Source: a virus | Lineage: Duplodnaviria > Caudoviricetes | Virus record (IMG/VR): IMGVR_UViG_3300023284_000540 | Location: 1-55,083 of that record | Strand: one strand, 5' to 3' | Length of the DNA stretch: 55,083 nt | Part shown: piece after piece, positions 54,359-55,083 of the stretch | How positions within the stretch are numbered: position 1 is the first letter of the stretch | How the letters are laid out: every line of letters starts with the position of its first letter | The notes under the pieces: model-generated | Databases searched by the model: none | What the model saw: only the letters and a program-made list of their open reading frames with translations | Told to the model about the DNA's origin: nothing | Made by a program: the position numbers and the translations under genes

Positions 54359-54823
54359 CTACTCCTCCTTCGGCGGTGTGATCCGCAGAGTGTAAACAGG
54401 CGTGACCTGGGTGGAAGCCTCGATGACCCCAGGGCTAACTCCATGAGATAGAAGGAGTTCCGCCTTTATAGTAGACCGTGGAGCATTGAAATAATTGACT
54501 AGATTATCAGCCACCATGACCTTGCTAATCCCATAGGAGCCCACGATCTTCTTCATGGCGTCAGATATCTCCTTCTTCTTCCCCGTAGCCTCTTTCTCCT
54601 GGACGCTCCATTCCAGGTATTCACCGACCATCTGCTTCATCTGCCGCTGCTCTGCTCTGTCCTCGATCAATTCCTTCAATTCAGGGACGCGCTCCTCCTC
54701 TTTAGGTGGAGGTGGGGGAGTCTTGTCCTTAGGTACCATGCTGGCCCCAGAGCCCACGGCCTGCCTGAGTTTGGACTTCATCTCCTTGACCTTCGCTGTG
54801 CTCGTAAGTGCTCTAACTGCCAT
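54359..54823 (-). CDS. Hypothetical protein (Gam-like coiled coil possible)
   Basis: GGAGG RBS; helical N-terminal half, beta C-terminal end. Confidence 0.65.
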   Translation of the reverse strand: MAVRALTSTAKVKEMKSKLRQAVGSGASMVPKDKTPPPPPKEEERVPELKELIEDRAEQRQMKQMVGEYLEWSVQEKEATGKKKEISDAMKKIVGSYGISKVMVADNLVNYFNAPRSTIKAELLLSHGVSPGVIEASTQVTPVYTLRITPPKEE

Positions 54824-54850
54824 AGTTTAACCTCCTCTGTGTACAGTATG

Positions 54851-54879
54851 AGTATGACACACAAGCATACCATTGTCAA
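54851..54879 (-). promoter_or_regulatory. Promoter TTGACA-N17-CATACT
   Basis: -35 at 54879-54874, -10 at 54856-54851. Confidence 0.6.
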
Positions 54880-55083
54880 GCCTTATTTTTAACAGATCGT
54901 GATTTCTTTGCGCTCAGGATGACATAAGGTGGATTAAACTCCGGCACCCCTGCGCGGCGGCCTGTCATCCAACGGCGCACATAAACCTGACGTGGATCAG
55001 TCTTGCCTCCCGTAAGCACGTTAGGGATGACTTCGAGCAGAGCATGAGCGGCAAAATCTCGATGGTAATCCATGTCACATTCT
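54876..55083 (-). CDS. 3' part of the junction-spanning hypothetical protein
   Basis: ORF-track 54876..55073 is the C-terminus (...DPRQVYVRRW...PEFNPPY) of the ORF starting at 899. Confidence 0.8.
   Translation of the reverse strand, partial: ECDMDYHRDFAAHALLEVIPNVLTGGKTDPRQVYVRRWMTGRRAGVPEFNPPYVILSAKKSRSVKNKA
54940..55083. repeat. Terminal direct repeat, second copy
   Basis: Exact match to 1-144. Confidence 0.95.

Overview
This is a complete, circularly assembled ~54.9 kb tailed dsDNA phage genome with siphovirus-type gene content. Bases 1-144 repeat exactly at 54940-55083, and a ~320 aa ORF reads in frame across that junction. The minus strand (1-44.6 kb and 53-55 kb) carries three groups of genes. 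Replication/recombination: family A DNA polymerase split into a UDG+3'-5' exonuclease gene and a polymerase gene, ERCC4 nuclease, AAA ATPase, PD-(D/E)xK nuclease and DinG-like helicase. Morphogenesis: terS, terL, portal, protease/scaffold, MCP, neck, tail tube, chaperones, tape measure and tail tip. A three-gene glycan-modification cassette sits inside the tail genes. The plus strand (44.7-53.0 kb) carries a Zn-finger/XRE regulator, an M28-like peptidase, an HNH protein, a ParB-like protein and an M15 endolysin. The most striking feature is a 13-bp palindrome, TGTAAT(G/C)ATTACA. I count 25 exact and 2 one-mismatch copies around the genome, at promoters, at gene junctions and inside ten CDSs, always read as V-[I/M]-I-T. 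Together with an orphan ParB-family protein, this parallels the KorB/OB architecture of plasmid RK2. Also notable are a tRNA-like RNA with a giant central arm plus two neighbouring structured RNA domains, and a conserved promoter family. I saw no integrase, primase, ParA or CRISPR array. An Acidobacteriota host is suggested from recalled protein families only.
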